Source: Craspedostauros australis
Taxonomy: Eukaryota
Direction: 5' to 3'
Length of the DNA: 35,279 nucleotides
Assembly (NCBI GenBank): GCA_030167865.1
Contig: JALAGF010002264.1
Location: 1-35,279, forward strand
A program made the translations under genes and the position numbers. The notes under the pieces were generated by a model. It did no database searches. It was not told the origin of the DNA and worked only from the letters and a program-made list of their open reading frames with translations. Positions 1 through 11,673 of this stretch are shown here, one piece after another; the first letter of the stretch is position 1, and each line of letters begins with the position of its first letter.

Positions 1-2319
1 CACTTCCGTCACTTGCCGGTTGTGGATGGCACAGGCGCAGTCGTGGGACTTCTGGACATTGCGAAGTGTCTGAACGATGCCATCAGCAAGCTCGAGAAGT
101 CGAAGGGCAAGGGAGGCAACGCAGCGGAAGATGCTCTGAAGCAGGCCGTCAACGTCCAAGGTGCGAGCGGCTCACAAGCAGCCGCACTGCAAGCTCTGCT
201 GGGTCCGTTGATGGCTCAAGCCTTTGGCACCCAAACCTCTCCCACTCTCAGGAGTCTGCTGGCGGGCAAGCCCAGCACGGTAGTGCCACCATCCTCCAGC
301 GTGATGGACGCGGCCACGTTGATGGCAGATCGTCGCAAGGCATCGCTGGTGGTCGACAACGGTCGGCTCGTTGGTATCTTTGGCTTCAAGGACATGATGA
401 CCCGCGTTGTTGCGAAGGGTCTGTCTGTCGATAGAACTGCGATCTCCAGTGTGATGACACCCAATCCCGAGTCCGTATCGCCAGACATCACGGTACTGGA
501 AGCGTTGCAGACGATGCATGACAACCGTTTCCTCACACTGCCTGTGTGCGAAGATAATGGGACGGTTGTGGGCATCGTGGATGTGATGGATGTGATCTAC
601 GGTTGTGGCGGAGCAGAGGGCTGGCGATCTGTGTTCAGCAGCTCGTTGGAGCTGGATGATCTGTCTGACACCGCGTCGCAATACTCTGGTCTTCGCAGCT
701 CGGCTGATCGATCCAAGCGTAGCAACCACTCGAAGAAACGTCCCGCGGATTCCAAGACTGTAGCAAAGCTACGACCAAGGAAAGCACTGGTTGCGTCCAT
801 GCAGGATACTGTCCTGCAGGTATCTCAGCTCCTTGCGCAGAATCGCGCAGATGCTTCACTCATTATCAACCACAATGGCACGATCGCTGGAATCATCACT
901 GACACCGACTTCACGAGGCGTGTCATGGCAAAGGGTTTGGATGCCAGCACATTGCCAGTTTCATCCGTGATGACGCCCAACCCCACTTGCGTGTCGATGT
1001 CTGACCCAGCTTTGGATGCACTCGTGACGATGGTCGAGAATCATTTCCGCCATCTACCTGTGATGAACGAGGCGGGCATGACGTCTGGAGTCTTGGACAT
1101 CGCGAAATGCCTGAATGACGCCATGTCGAAACTGGAAAAATCCAAGTCCAAGAGCTCATCGGTCGTGCAGGATGCGCTGAGCAACCTTGTCACCAGCCAA
1201 CAGGGATCGCAAAACGGACAAACCGCCGTGCTTCATGCATTGCTGCAACCGCTGATGCAGAAGGCCTTTGGCACAGATGCTATGCCTAGCTTGAAGACCA
1301 TCTTGAACGAGCAGTCGAAGACCATCGTGAGCCCAGGCGCCAGCGTCGCGGATGCTGCAAGATTGATGGCAAAGAACCGCAAGGCGACGCTCGTCGTTTC
1401 CGAGGGAGAGCTAATCGGCATTCTGGGCTTCAAAGATGTGATGTCCCAAGTCATTGCCAAAGAACTTGATCCCGAAACAACGACAGTGGAGTCTGTCATG
1501 GTCCCAAGTCCCGAGCACGTGTCGCCGGATATCACAGTCCTCGAGGCGCTTCAGGTGATGCATGATGATGCCGTTCTGAACCTGGCCGTTTGCGAAGATG
1601 ACGGAACCGTGCTCGGAATTGTTGATGTGATGGATGTCATCAACGGCTGCGGTGGTTCGGAGGGCTGGAGATCGCTCTTTGACAGCGCGATGGATGTCGA
1701 TGACGATGCATCCGACGCGCAATCCGCGCAGAAGTCCAAACAATCGGCCTCGAGAACGCAGACGAGTGTCGTTGCGTCTCTTGGGAAGCCAGTCGTCAAA
1801 GCGCGCGCAACTCCGGTCATCAGAGTTGCAGCGGATGCCCCATTCGTGTCTGATGTGCCCGGTCACATCCCGAGGACGCTCGAGTTCGGGGATGGGGAGA
1901 TGAGCCGCGTGTCCATGAACGACACGTCGAAACTGAACGACAGCCACACAGGATATCACGATGGCGAAACCGTCACCTACAAGATCGCCGATCCGTCAGG
2001 CCATACCCACAGGATCAAGGCAGATCAGAACCTGGTGGGTCTCAAGAAGGCCTTCTGCGACAAGTACAGCATCGATCCCAAGTGCCTCCAGTTCTCCTTC
2101 GTGGACGACGAAGGAGATGCCATCGCCATCACCAGCAACGCTGATCTTGACGAGGCCGTGCGCATGGGCCGTGCGGCCGGAAATCACATCGTGAAGCTGA
2201 CAGCCAATCGCGTGGAACCAAAAGCAGAAGGGCTGAACCCCATGGTTTTGGCAGGAGTCGGGGCAGCGGTTGCAGTGATCGGTGGCATCGCCATGATTGC
2301 GTTGAGGCCGAGAAGGTAG
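1..2319 (+). CDS. 5'-truncated multi-CBS-domain protein with PB1 domain and C-terminal transmembrane anchor (CBSCBSPB-like; possibly the tail of a class-29 myosin)
   Basis: The frame is open from base 1 (HFRHLPV...), so the start lies upstream. CBS modules recur (HFRHLPV, LDIAKCLNDA, VMTPNP, VGIVDVMDVI) with a second copy starting at 1042. A PB1 acidic motif (FSFVDDEGDAIAITSNADL) is followed by a hydrophobic C-terminal helix and basic tail (VLAGVGAAVAVIGGIAMIALRPRR). Stop TAG at 2317-2319. Confidence 0.9.
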   Translation, partial: HFRHLPVVDGTGAVVGLLDIAKCLNDAISKLEKSKGKGGNAAEDALKQAVNVQGASGSQAAALQALLGPLMAQAFGTQTSPTLRSLLAGKPSTVVPPSSSVMDAATLMADRRKASLVVDNGRLVGIFGFKDMMTRVVAKGLSVDRTAISSVMTPNPESVSPDITVLEALQTMHDNRFLTLPVCEDNGTVVGIVDVMDVIYGCGGAEGWRSVFSSSLELDDLSDTASQYSGLRSSADRSKRSNHSKKRPADSKTVAKLRPRKALVASMQDTVLQVSQLLAQNRADASLIINHNGTIAGIITDTDFTRRVMAKGLDASTLPVSSVMTPNPTCVSMSDPALDALVTMVENHFRHLPVMNEAGMTSGVLDIAKCLNDAMSKLEKSKSKSSSVVQDALSNLVTSQQGSQNGQTAVLHALLQPLMQKAFGTDAMPSLKTILNEQSKTIVSPGASVADAARLMAKNRKATLVVSEGELIGILGFKDVMSQVIAKELDPETTTVESVMVPSPEHVSPDITVLEALQVMHDDAVLNLAVCEDDGTVLGIVDVMDVINGCGGSEGWRSLFDSAMDVDDDASDAQSAQKSKQSASRTQTSVVASLGKPVVKARATPVIRVAADAPFVSDVPGHIPRTLEFGDGEMSRVSMNDTSKLNDSHTGYHDGETVTYKIADPSGHTHRIKADQNLVGLKKAFCDKYSIDPKCLQFSFVDDEGDAIAITSNADLDEAVRMGRAAGNHIVKLTANRVEPKAEGLNPMVLAGVGAAVAVIGGIAMIALRPRR

Positions 2320-2834
2320 ACAGATGAGGCAGCGTTGTACAAGTACACTTGTCCTGCACAAAACACTGTGGAGGAGTGTTGGCAATAGTTCAAAATATAC
2401 ACTCACACACTCTGCTCAATTTGTACATGACCATGAAGACTACGATCAGAGTACTGGTGGTACACCATGGCTCAACACAGAAAGCTGTGTGAAAGAGTCC
2501 TTGTTTGCATGGTGTGGCTTCCTGTGGTTGTGACAAGCAGTTTCGGTGCGTTGTGGTGAGGTGTTTCGTTGTCTCCCTGGCCTCGTGAGTCTTCATTGCC
2601 TGTGTGGTCGAGATACTCGTAGCCTGTCATACAAAGTCAGAGAGATGACAATGGCATCATCAGAAGATCTGAACGACCAACACAGAGCCCACAGAACACC
2701 CTCCACAAGAGTCGTCGCGCGTCGTGCCAACGCCACACGAGCACACAGCATACCTTGACCCATCCACCCATTGATCCATTGATTCATTGATCCACCCACT
2801 GATCCACCCCTCGATCCGTTCATCAATCGCAACA

Positions 2835-3236
2835 ATGCTCCATCATCTCACTTTGTTTATCACGTTCTTCTGCGTCGTTGGCACGGCAATGTGCCTCACG
2901 CAGCATGCAGCACCTGACAGATCTCGCCGCGCCATCATCGCAACCGCATTCGTTGGCGCCACCAATCTGGCAATTCCTGCATCGGCCTACGAGAGACGTG
3001 ATGTCGGTGATGACGGTCGGTCGGCAGCTACAGCAGCCATGAACACGCAGGCCTTTGAAACGAACAACAGATTGGAAAAGAGCGGTTTCAAGCTGGACAC
3101 GCGTGAGGAGGAGACGGCGAAGCTGAGCTCTGCGCTGTCATCCTTTTCGTACGACTCTTCCTCGGCCAAGACGAAGTCTGGCAGCAAGTGGGCAACTGCA
3201 ACGACGGAGAAGGCCAATGCCTCGTCAAAGAAGTGA
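2835..3236 (+). CDS. Small putative thylakoid-lumen protein (signal peptide + twin-arginine targeting), unknown function
   Basis: ATG at 2835 in an ACAATG context. Hydrophobic signal MLHHLTLFITFFCVVGTAMC, then SRR + hydrophobic stretch + ASA cleavage-like motif (SRRAIIATAFVGATNLAIPASA|YERRD). Confidence 0.7.
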   Translation: MLHHLTLFITFFCVVGTAMCLTQHAAPDRSRRAIIATAFVGATNLAIPASAYERRDVGDDGRSAATAAMNTQAFETNNRLEKSGFKLDTREEETAKLSSALSSFSYDSSSAKTKSGSKWATATTEKANASSKK

Positions 3237-3826
3237 ACTTACCAACAAGACGAATATTTGACGAGGAGTATGCCATTCCACGATACCACGCCATTATGCG
3301 TGAAGTTCACAACACATCTCTGGTGCCTGCATTTTGCCATGCATGTTTAGGTGAGGTCGCATCCCCCTCTGCCGACTGTGGACCCCGACAAGGAAGGCTC
3401 CTCGTCAAGAGATCAGCTGTTTTATCGGACAAGGCCTACTCTCGTTTTAAAATGAGTTGGAATTTGTTTAAAAATAGCGTGGTCCACAGAGGACACATGC
3501 TTAGTCTATTCGCAGTCGTATTCGTCTGCGTATTCATACGAGCCATGGTATGGTATGGCTGGGTGTTGTTGTCGCATTCGTCTTCGTTTCTATCGCTGGT
3601 GGATGGTTGGTTGTGTACTCGTAGCTTGTGGCTTGTAGGGTCGAGGAGTAGACCATCACACCTGATGTCTTGTCTTGGAAATGGGTGGCATTGTTCATGC
3701 ACTCACACGGCAGTAAGTAGGAGTTCATCCTAGATGGCACGAAGCAATTGCGAAGAGAGATGATAGTCACAAGTGATGATTGGTTGCTCGCATCCTGGAA
3801 GGGCTAACCGCGGCAGCCTCTGAACG

Positions 3827-6800
3827 CTACAGATCAGCCTGCGATCCCAGAACCCCGCTTTCCTCGAGTGCGATGGATGCCGCCATTCCCGTGGGTAAGG
3901 CCATGTCCTCTTCAGTGTCATACTGGCCACCCCAAGCCATCAAGCCATCCACGAGGCTCAGCATCGATTCTGTCAGGGGGTCGTCATCTTCTGCCGTTGC
4001 TGTCACCGCTTCTGCCTTCGATGATTTGCCGGTGACCGATGCTGCCGAAAATTGCTGTGAATCCATGCTCAATCGAAAGCCATGCATTGAACTCGAATGT
4101 GTGGCAACGCTATTGGAAAGAATGCTTCCAGCATACATGCTTCCTGCATGCACGCTTCCGGTATTGGCACTCTTGATGCTTTTGATGCTTTGGCTCAGGC
4201 TCTCGTTCCCCTTCGTCTCCTCGCTAGCCGCAACCTCCGCCTCTGCCTCTTCCTTGCCCTCCTCCTCGTCGTCCTCTTCTTCCCCTTCTTCCGGGATGGG
4301 CGATGCAACGACCAGCGGCAAGATGGTGTCCGGTTCTCGAGAGTAAGTGTCGACGAACTCTGCATCTACAACACTCGGTGTTTCCATGCGGACTTTCAAC
4401 AGATCATGTTCCACAGGCACGATAAGCTTTGGGCTGCTGTCACTTTCTTGGTCTGCGGCCTCGTCATTGGTGTCATAGATGGTGCCATGCGAGTCTTCAT
4501 GAACCGAATTCACAGGGAACGATGCCACGTCTTGGCTTTCCGGATACTGTATCCAGCGGGATTGCGTCGTGGGGAAGGCAGTCGATCCGATGAAGCCATC
4601 TCGGAGGCACGACCATGCATCGACAGCACGTCGTGTGGCTTCGTGCTGAGATTTGGCATGGGCGAGGCACATCCGCAGCACTTCTCGTTTGCGATGGCCA
4701 TTCCAGCATTTCACGTCGTGGGCCAGAGCCATGGTTGCCCTTCGCTTGACAGCCAGAGCTTCATGCTCAACAACTGCGGACTGGAGTGCGTGGCTCTTGG
4801 CGATCGATGCCCTTGTCTGGGTCGCCCGAGCCTCATCCATCGAAGCAAAGATGTCCTCTTCGCATGCGCATTGTGCGGAATCAGCCGCTGCTACAGCCGC
4901 GGCCTTGGCGTTGGTCGCTGTCCTAGCTGCTCTCACCGTGGACCGAACGTCTTCCGCAGCCGAGACGGCAGAATGAGCGAGCGCTGTTTGCCAAGACATG
5001 TCTGTTGCAAGCCAGTCGTGGTCAATACGAATAGTTGTCCCCATTTGTGTACATCGGCGATTTGCGACAGGAGTATCATTACAAAGGACTGCTTGTGAGA
5101 GATTGTGAATGGCGCCAAATGGAAGACGGGCATTCGACAAGAACTATCCCATGTCGATGTTGTTCCGCACGAGATAGTCGACGCCGCACTTTCATCAGAC
5201 AAAATCTTCCCTTCGAGCGCATCGGCATTATCAGACGCCACAAACGAATCGAACAACACACGCCGAGTACTGCACTCACCATCCACAATGGATAAATCGC
5301 TGTCCTCGAAAACGTTGATTGCCTGTTCCATGCCTGTGACACCCTTCAGCAGAGCCCGTTGCGAAACGAACTTGCCCCGCAGACCCTCCCAGGAATCGAA
5401 TCCTTGCACGATGCCCAGATGCAAATCGTTACACTTCCTTCTTGCGCTGCCAATTTCAGCGCTGCTCGCAAGGCACCTGGAGAGGGTGGAGTCTACAGAG
5501 CCGATGACTTCGCGCAGCTTGTCGATGTTCTCATCGACTGCGATATCACCAATGAACGCGGATCTGCGCGAATCACGTTCATCATCGTGAAGCAAGTGGT
5601 CGGAGAGAGATGGGCTTCCGTATCTGTACCGTCCCTCCTTCGGCTTCTGCCGTTCGGAGGACAAGTCGCCTGTGTTCAAAATCGCTCGTTCCGGCGCTGG
5701 CACGGGAAGCGGAAGGAGGTCATATCCACTTCCCTCGTCGTCATCTTCAGCCTGGTGCTCGAGCTCGTCATCCACATGCAACACACCATCCTCGAAGCTG
5801 TTGTCGACATCGCCATCGATATCTCCACCCATATGATCACGACCATCACCCGTACCAATACCGTTGCCGTTACCAGTGGTTCCGTGGGGTGACGTCATAC
5901 TTCTGCGTTGCTGGCTGCGTTTGGGGCTATCCTCGTCGGGCCATTTTGTAATCCTGGCATGCTCGTAGTTTGGCAATGATGCGTGCTGCAACCTCGCGCT
6001 CGCAGACTGCAACCCAGATGTTTCCAGAACTCCGTGGATCTTCAATGCGATTGCTGCCTGCGCTGCAGTTCGTATCCACGACACGTTCATTTGCGACGCC
6101 GACGCCGAACCAGTTAATGGCCAGAATGGAAGGTTGTTCCCATCCATGAGACCCGGCATCTGTGTCGTGGTCTCTCTCTGCGCGCGGCCGTGCTCTTCCA
6201 GCGATTGTTTTGCGGCAACCAGTCCAGATTGGCTTGCCTGAAGGGTGTAAGTGTGCAGAGATGAAAGGAATTGTTGGAGGTTAGAAGGTGAAGACAGCAC
6301 AATAACGGAGTATCATGGAATGTGGGAGTTGGGACAGACTGCCACGACATCCTTTGCGTGCAAATATGAGTACTCGCATGTGTGTTGGCGCAAACGGTTG
6401 TAGTTGTGGCTGTGCTTGTCATCAAGCAGCGAACAGATCAAAGTGAAATATGCCACACGTAGAATGCAAGACAAGCTCCCGTGGTACTTTGGAACTCACC
6501 TTGAGGATCGTGTTCAAAGGGAACGATGCTGACAGAGCAGGATGTTCCAGCAGGTAGTTCAGGTATCGCTCGAATTGTCTGGCATGATGATCTGGCGTGT
6601 TGGGGTTGTAATAGTTGTCTGGCAGCGGCTTCGTCCCCTTCCGTCCCATCACCCGCTTCTTGTGCTGTGGGCTCGCCAGAGTCTTCGGAGATGAAGAATT
6701 TGGCATCAGCGATGATGGCGATGATTGAGTGGAGAGGCTTGATCCGTTCGAAGAAAGCAGGCCCTGCGCCGATGACGACACGTAGGTGCCCCACAGCGAC

Positions 6801-8461
6801 TTGAGTCCCTTCTTCAGCTTCCCAACCCCAATAGAGGCAGCTGCGATTGCTGCGCCGCCGGTGGACGCAAGAGCAGATTCTTCGTTGGTCAGCTTGGGAC
6901 CAAGAAACTTGCTCGGCTCTGTTCCAGGAAACGGCGGAAGGATTCGTCCACAAAGAGTCCCGCCAAGCGCCTTGTGGGCTTGGAATGTGTCATGCAGCCA
7001 CTTCATGTCCTCCATCGAACGTCGCACGGTGATGATGTCAGATGGTGATGCGATGCCAGCATTTGCACTGTCCGAGTATCGGAAGTAGGCAATGCGAAAC
7101 TCCGTGGTGTTGGAGGTCGATGATGGGTTGATGACGGATGACAGTGCCTTTCGCGTTGCGAGGGAAGATCCGAAGAGCTGGATCTCGACACGGCCGTTGT
7201 TTACAAAGTGCGGAGCGTTGTCTCCATACGAGCGGTCGGTTTGAGAGTGAAGATGCTGCTGACGTTTGCGCCTGCGCACCATATCGTGCGCCGCTAGCAA
7301 CGAATGATCCAAGTCGAGCTCTGGCAGCGGCAAGGATTTTTGCACGGTGCGTTCATAGTTGGCCAGCTGATCGGCAGAAAGCGGCAAGGGAGGAGCTGCT
7401 GGCGGGACATCGACCATGACCACTTCGCTCCCTCGTGGGGCGTTGCGATGTCGCATGGTTTGCTGCAAATGCCTGCCGGAGAACCTCCTCTTCGCCTCCA
7501 AGTACTGCGCCAGCGCGATGAAGCGGCAGAAGACCATCCACGCCTCGACCCCGATGGAGGTGGCACGGATGGATTGCATGTCCAGTGCCCCGAGCCGTGG
7601 AATCTGACTGCATCGAATCACCGACTGCCATACTTCGTCGAAGGTGGTCATGGGTGGCGGTGCTGCCGACATGGACATGTACGAACCATGTTCCAGATCT
7701 TCATCTCGCCTCCAGAAGACAGGGCAGCGCATCGTGACGAATTCCTTGACTGTCGACATGGAGATCTGCCCCCGCGACTCGGTGTCCATGATGGCGAAGA
7801 GACGGGTGGCAAAATCGAAATCCTTCCTGGTGAAGTTGAGCTGGTGCATGGAGAGGTCCTGGAGGAGGACGTCGAGGGTGTAGGTGAGCTCGGCGCTACC
7901 TTCAATCCTGCAAAGTCCTCCCTGGTGTGGTATGGGGCCATGGTACGAAGAGCTTGCATCGAAGGATGTGGCCTGATAAATAGTTGGTGATAGCACTGGC
8001 TGTGGTATCGATGTGAAGGACGATGCTGAGAGGGATGTTGAGGATGGTGCTGCCAGTGATGGTGACGACGCTGGTGATTGCACCTGTACACGGGCATGTG
8101 CGTACTGCGTTGCGTCCAGGGAGAGCAGCTGTTCTGCCGGGTACGCAATGGATTGCGAATCGACCTCGGAGTTTAAGAGAGTATCCGCATCGACATATTC
8201 GTCTGCATCGTCGTCTGTGTCGTCGTCAGCATTAGCATCAGCGTCGAAGCGAGCCTCTGCGTATGGGTCAGTGTACGTCGTTGCCGTCGGTGCTGTCGAT
8301 GTTGGTGTTGTAATCGAAGTACCTGTATCGAGGAAATCAGTGATGGCGGTGGGAGTCGAAGAGATGAAAGGAGGAGAAGCCAGGGCTTCTGATGGCTCTT
8401 CGTTTCGCGATGGGGTCGCTTCGATATCGAAGAAATCTAAGAGGGATGATTGATCAATCAT
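3827..8461 (-). CDS. PX-domain sorting-nexin-like protein with N-terminal EF-hand/EH-like segment and helical (BAR-like) C-terminal part; 3 exons
   Basis: Predicted exons 8461-6500, 6237-5280, 5001-3827. Introns 6499-6238 (GTGAGT...CAG, phase 0) and 5279-5002 (GTGAGT...CAG, phase 1) join three long ORFs in frame. PX motifs: VRRSMEDMKWLHDTF...GRILPPFP and RQFERYLNYLLEHPALSASFPLNTIL. Confidence 0.8.
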
Positions 8462-9980
8462 GGTGCAATGTGGAATGTGGTATGGCAGCGTACGGTAGCG
8501 TAGCGTTGGCCCTCTCTGCTGCTGCTGCTATTGTGTGTATACCTTGTGTGTATTGCTTGCTACTGCGCGTATTGGTTGGCTACTTCGCACGTTCTGGTAT
8601 CCTTCGAAGGCGATTCGGCTGTTTGAATCTGCGCTCGCGATGAACGGAAATTGCTGGATGTTGCTGATGTTCGCGTTCGTGACGAAATGTTGATGAATAA
8701 AGGATGTGTGCGTGTGTGTGTGCGTGCGTCTGTGTGTGCAGGGGCTGGAGAGGCTCAAGAGATCTGTGAAGCGGGATGTAGTACACGTCAGCTAGGATTC
8801 GACCGGAGCCGGAGCGAGAGAAATGGGCTTGGCACGGAAGTGAAGAAAGCAATCCACGCCTGACGATGTGATCGCGTACGATCCGTCCCGGAGGACTTCG
8901 ACCGTATGGTAGGTTCGTTGCGGATATGTCCACAACAGACAGGGCTCTCTTCTTTCGAATGCAATACGAGCAGAGGATTGCCTAATGCTCGACTGCGCGT
9001 ATCGCAGCTCTGATGACGGTTGTAAGTCTCCAGTGCGTGTCGTGTTGAGTGAGGATACGAATGTGCGTTTCTGTTTGATGTGTGTGGGAACTTTGCGTCG
9101 CTCTGTTCGCAAATTCGCAGTTGCCTTCGCAGTTGCGCGAGTATGGTACGCACTGCGTGGTGGTCGAGTCTTGAGTCTGCGGGAGGACGACGCAGGAACA
9201 CCACAATGAGAGTTGTTGCTGTGTGCCACCCGGTTTGGCCCACCCTTGCTTTATTTGGTCTGATTTGTAGATTCACAGGCTCTTGGAGGTCTGCACTTGA
9301 TCTGTTCGTTGTTACAGATGCTCGGAGTGGCTGTTGTCTTTGCTGTACTTGTTTTTACTGTACTTGTGGTTGTTGTTGCTGCTGTTGTTGTTGTTGTTCA
9401 GAACAAGGAGCAATGCTCTGATGTTTGTCCTGTTGATGATGATGATGGAGGTGGAGGTGGAGAAAGAGATCTGATTGAAGTTTTGTGTGGAAATGAAGAA
9501 CAAATTTGTCACTTTTTGATTCATGCAGACCGAGACTGCCACGAGGAATGTTTCGGAGATGTACTCTGCTATTGTGTTCTGCAGTTGCTTCACGATCGAT
9601 GTCGACGTCGGTGTCGATGATGCGATGCGATGTGATGCGATGGCTTCTGCTCTATTCGTATAATACGTAATTGTATTCTATTAGCACTCTATGGATGAAT
9701 GATGGGACAGATGGCTGCGTTGATTTGATGGGTTGATTGTTGCTCTTGCTTCCCCTTTGTGATGTTGTGCAATTGCTTTCTTTTATTTGTAGTAGTAGAG
9801 CAGACCAACTCTCCTCGGTCAAAAGGACTCGGAGCACTTCGACGCTTCAATGCCCCAGCGCTCATTCGTTGCTCTGGGCAGTTCGTTGGTTGGTTCCTTC
9901 GTGTCGGCCTTTGTTTCTCCCCTCTCTGCGTTCAGTCTCTCTGGGCTGCTTCTCGCGTTTGCTTCCTTGTACCAACGCGA

Positions 9981-10000
9981 CAGAACAGAACAGAACAGAA
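9981..10000 (+). repeat. (CAGAA)4 microsatellite
   Basis: cagaacagaacagaacagaa read directly. Confidence 0.9.
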
Positions 10001-10941
10001 AGGGGGCGGAGCGCTTCCACTCGTGATGTGGCTGGGAGTTCCGTGATGGCACGAGGCGTTTGTTCGCGTACTCTCTACCTACGATGTTGATGTTGTCGCC
10101 TTTGTTTGAACGAGCTTCACCAAATCTCGCTCCTCTTCGTTGATGCGTCTCCACCAAAGAGGAGAAAACGCCACGACAACCGCCATGATGACGACACAGA
10201 ATTCTCAGCCTGATTCGTTTGTCTCCACGTTTGGCCTCGCGCGCAGAAGAAAATCGCGAAAAAGAACAATACGTTGAACGCTAGTTAAGTTCCTGATGTC
10301 AACTTTTCGCCCAAAACCGAACTTCATGGATACGATTCAACCCAATCAAATAGCGCAAATTGCGTTGTCATCGCGGAAAGGGAACTTCATGAATGGACAG
10401 TCACGGATTCGAGGTTTGATTTTCGAAACGAAGACACCCACGATTGGATCATTCGTGGGATACAATCACGATTGACAATATCGAATTGGCTCATGACACG
10501 GAATGCAAAGAAGACGGTTTGATCGAAACTCAAGAAGAACAACGGCAAACTTCGCGAGTGGAACTACCCATGCAGGTGGTAGTCTTCATGCAAGTATGGG
10601 GAGGATAGAACATATCCTTGCCATTGCACGAACAGAGGAGGAGAGAATGGTACTCGCAGTACTATATGATGTCCAAGCCAAGTGCTCTGCTCTATTGCAC
10701 ATTGTGGCTAAAGAACGTGTGTTGGAATGGATTCATTCTTGTCCAACGATGTCGCGGCGCCATCAGCTCTTTTTCTGTCCATGGTCAGCTTTGTCCTTGT
10801 GCATGGCATGACATGGCATGATGAACATGAACATGAACTATTCTACTCCGCTCAAGCACAATATATATCGTATAGTACGCATCTCTCATCTACAACCAGT
10901 CTATCCATTCCCGGCCTTGTCTATCTCCATGCCTCCTGCGA

Positions 10942-11673
10942 TCACTGCTGCTTCTCCTCCGTCTCCTTCTTGGCAGGCCACTTCTTGAAACGTATGCGAT
11001 GGTTGCAATATCCAAAGGGATTCTTGGCGAGATACTGCTGATGATCCTCCCGTGCCTGAGTGAATTTGCGCATGCGCGCAACCTCCGTCAGCACGTGCTT
11101 CGTGTGGAACGTGCGAATCTGCTTCGTGTCCAGCAATTCCTGCATCTCCGATTTCACGCGCTGGGCGATCTCCTTCTGCCGATCGTCACTGAAGAAGATG
11201 TAGCTCGCATATTGGAATCCGCGGTCGTTGCCTTGCCGATTCAACGTCGTCGGGTCATGGAAGGAGAAGAAGAAGCGGAGCAGCTCCTCGAAGTGCTGCT
11301 CGGGGTCCTTCAGTTCGATGTACAGAACCTCCACATGATCCGAATCTCCGCGGCACACCTGTTCGTACGTGGGATTTCTGTATTTTGGTGTTTCGTACGG
11401 TGACATGAACCCCACCTTGGCGTTCAGGATGGATTTGGGAAAACGCTTCTGGAAGTCCTTCTTGACGAACTTCTCCGTGCCCCAGTAACAACCCGCTCCC
11501 AACGCAAGGTGGTTGGACATCGTCGATCCAGCATTGGCATCGCTTGCGGTTGGTGGCTCTTGCATGGCCCTTGCCTGCTCCTGTTGTTGCTGCTGATTTT
11601 CTTCTTGCTGGTGCTTGATCTGCGGTGGCTGTGCCACCGTTTGATCGGCTGTGGTGGACTGTGTGCATCCCAT
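10942..11673 (-). CDS. msrA: Peptide methionine sulfoxide reductase A with N-terminal MGCTQS acylation motif
   Basis: Catalytic motif GAGCYWG, plus NPTYEQVC, HVEVL, HDPTTLNRQGNDRGFQYASYIF and EDHQQYLAKNPFGYCNH. Single exon. Confidence 0.95.
   Translation of the reverse strand: MGCTQSTTADQTVAQPPQIKHQQEENQQQQQEQARAMQEPPTASDANAGSTMSNHLALGAGCYWGTEKFVKKDFQKRFPKSILNAKVGFMSPYETPKYRNPTYEQVCRGDSDHVEVLYIELKDPEQHFEELLRFFFSFHDPTTLNRQGNDRGFQYASYIFFSDDRQKEIAQRVKSEMQELLDTKQIRTFHTKHVLTEVARMRKFTQAREDHQQYLAKNPFGYCNHRIRFKKWPAKKETEEKQQ

Noticed and set aside
9080-9620. Cys-rich and Val-rich ORFs (poly-C, poly-V)
   Set aside because: Translations of a GTT/GCT microsatellite, unlike the ordered HxxxCxCxxC gene.
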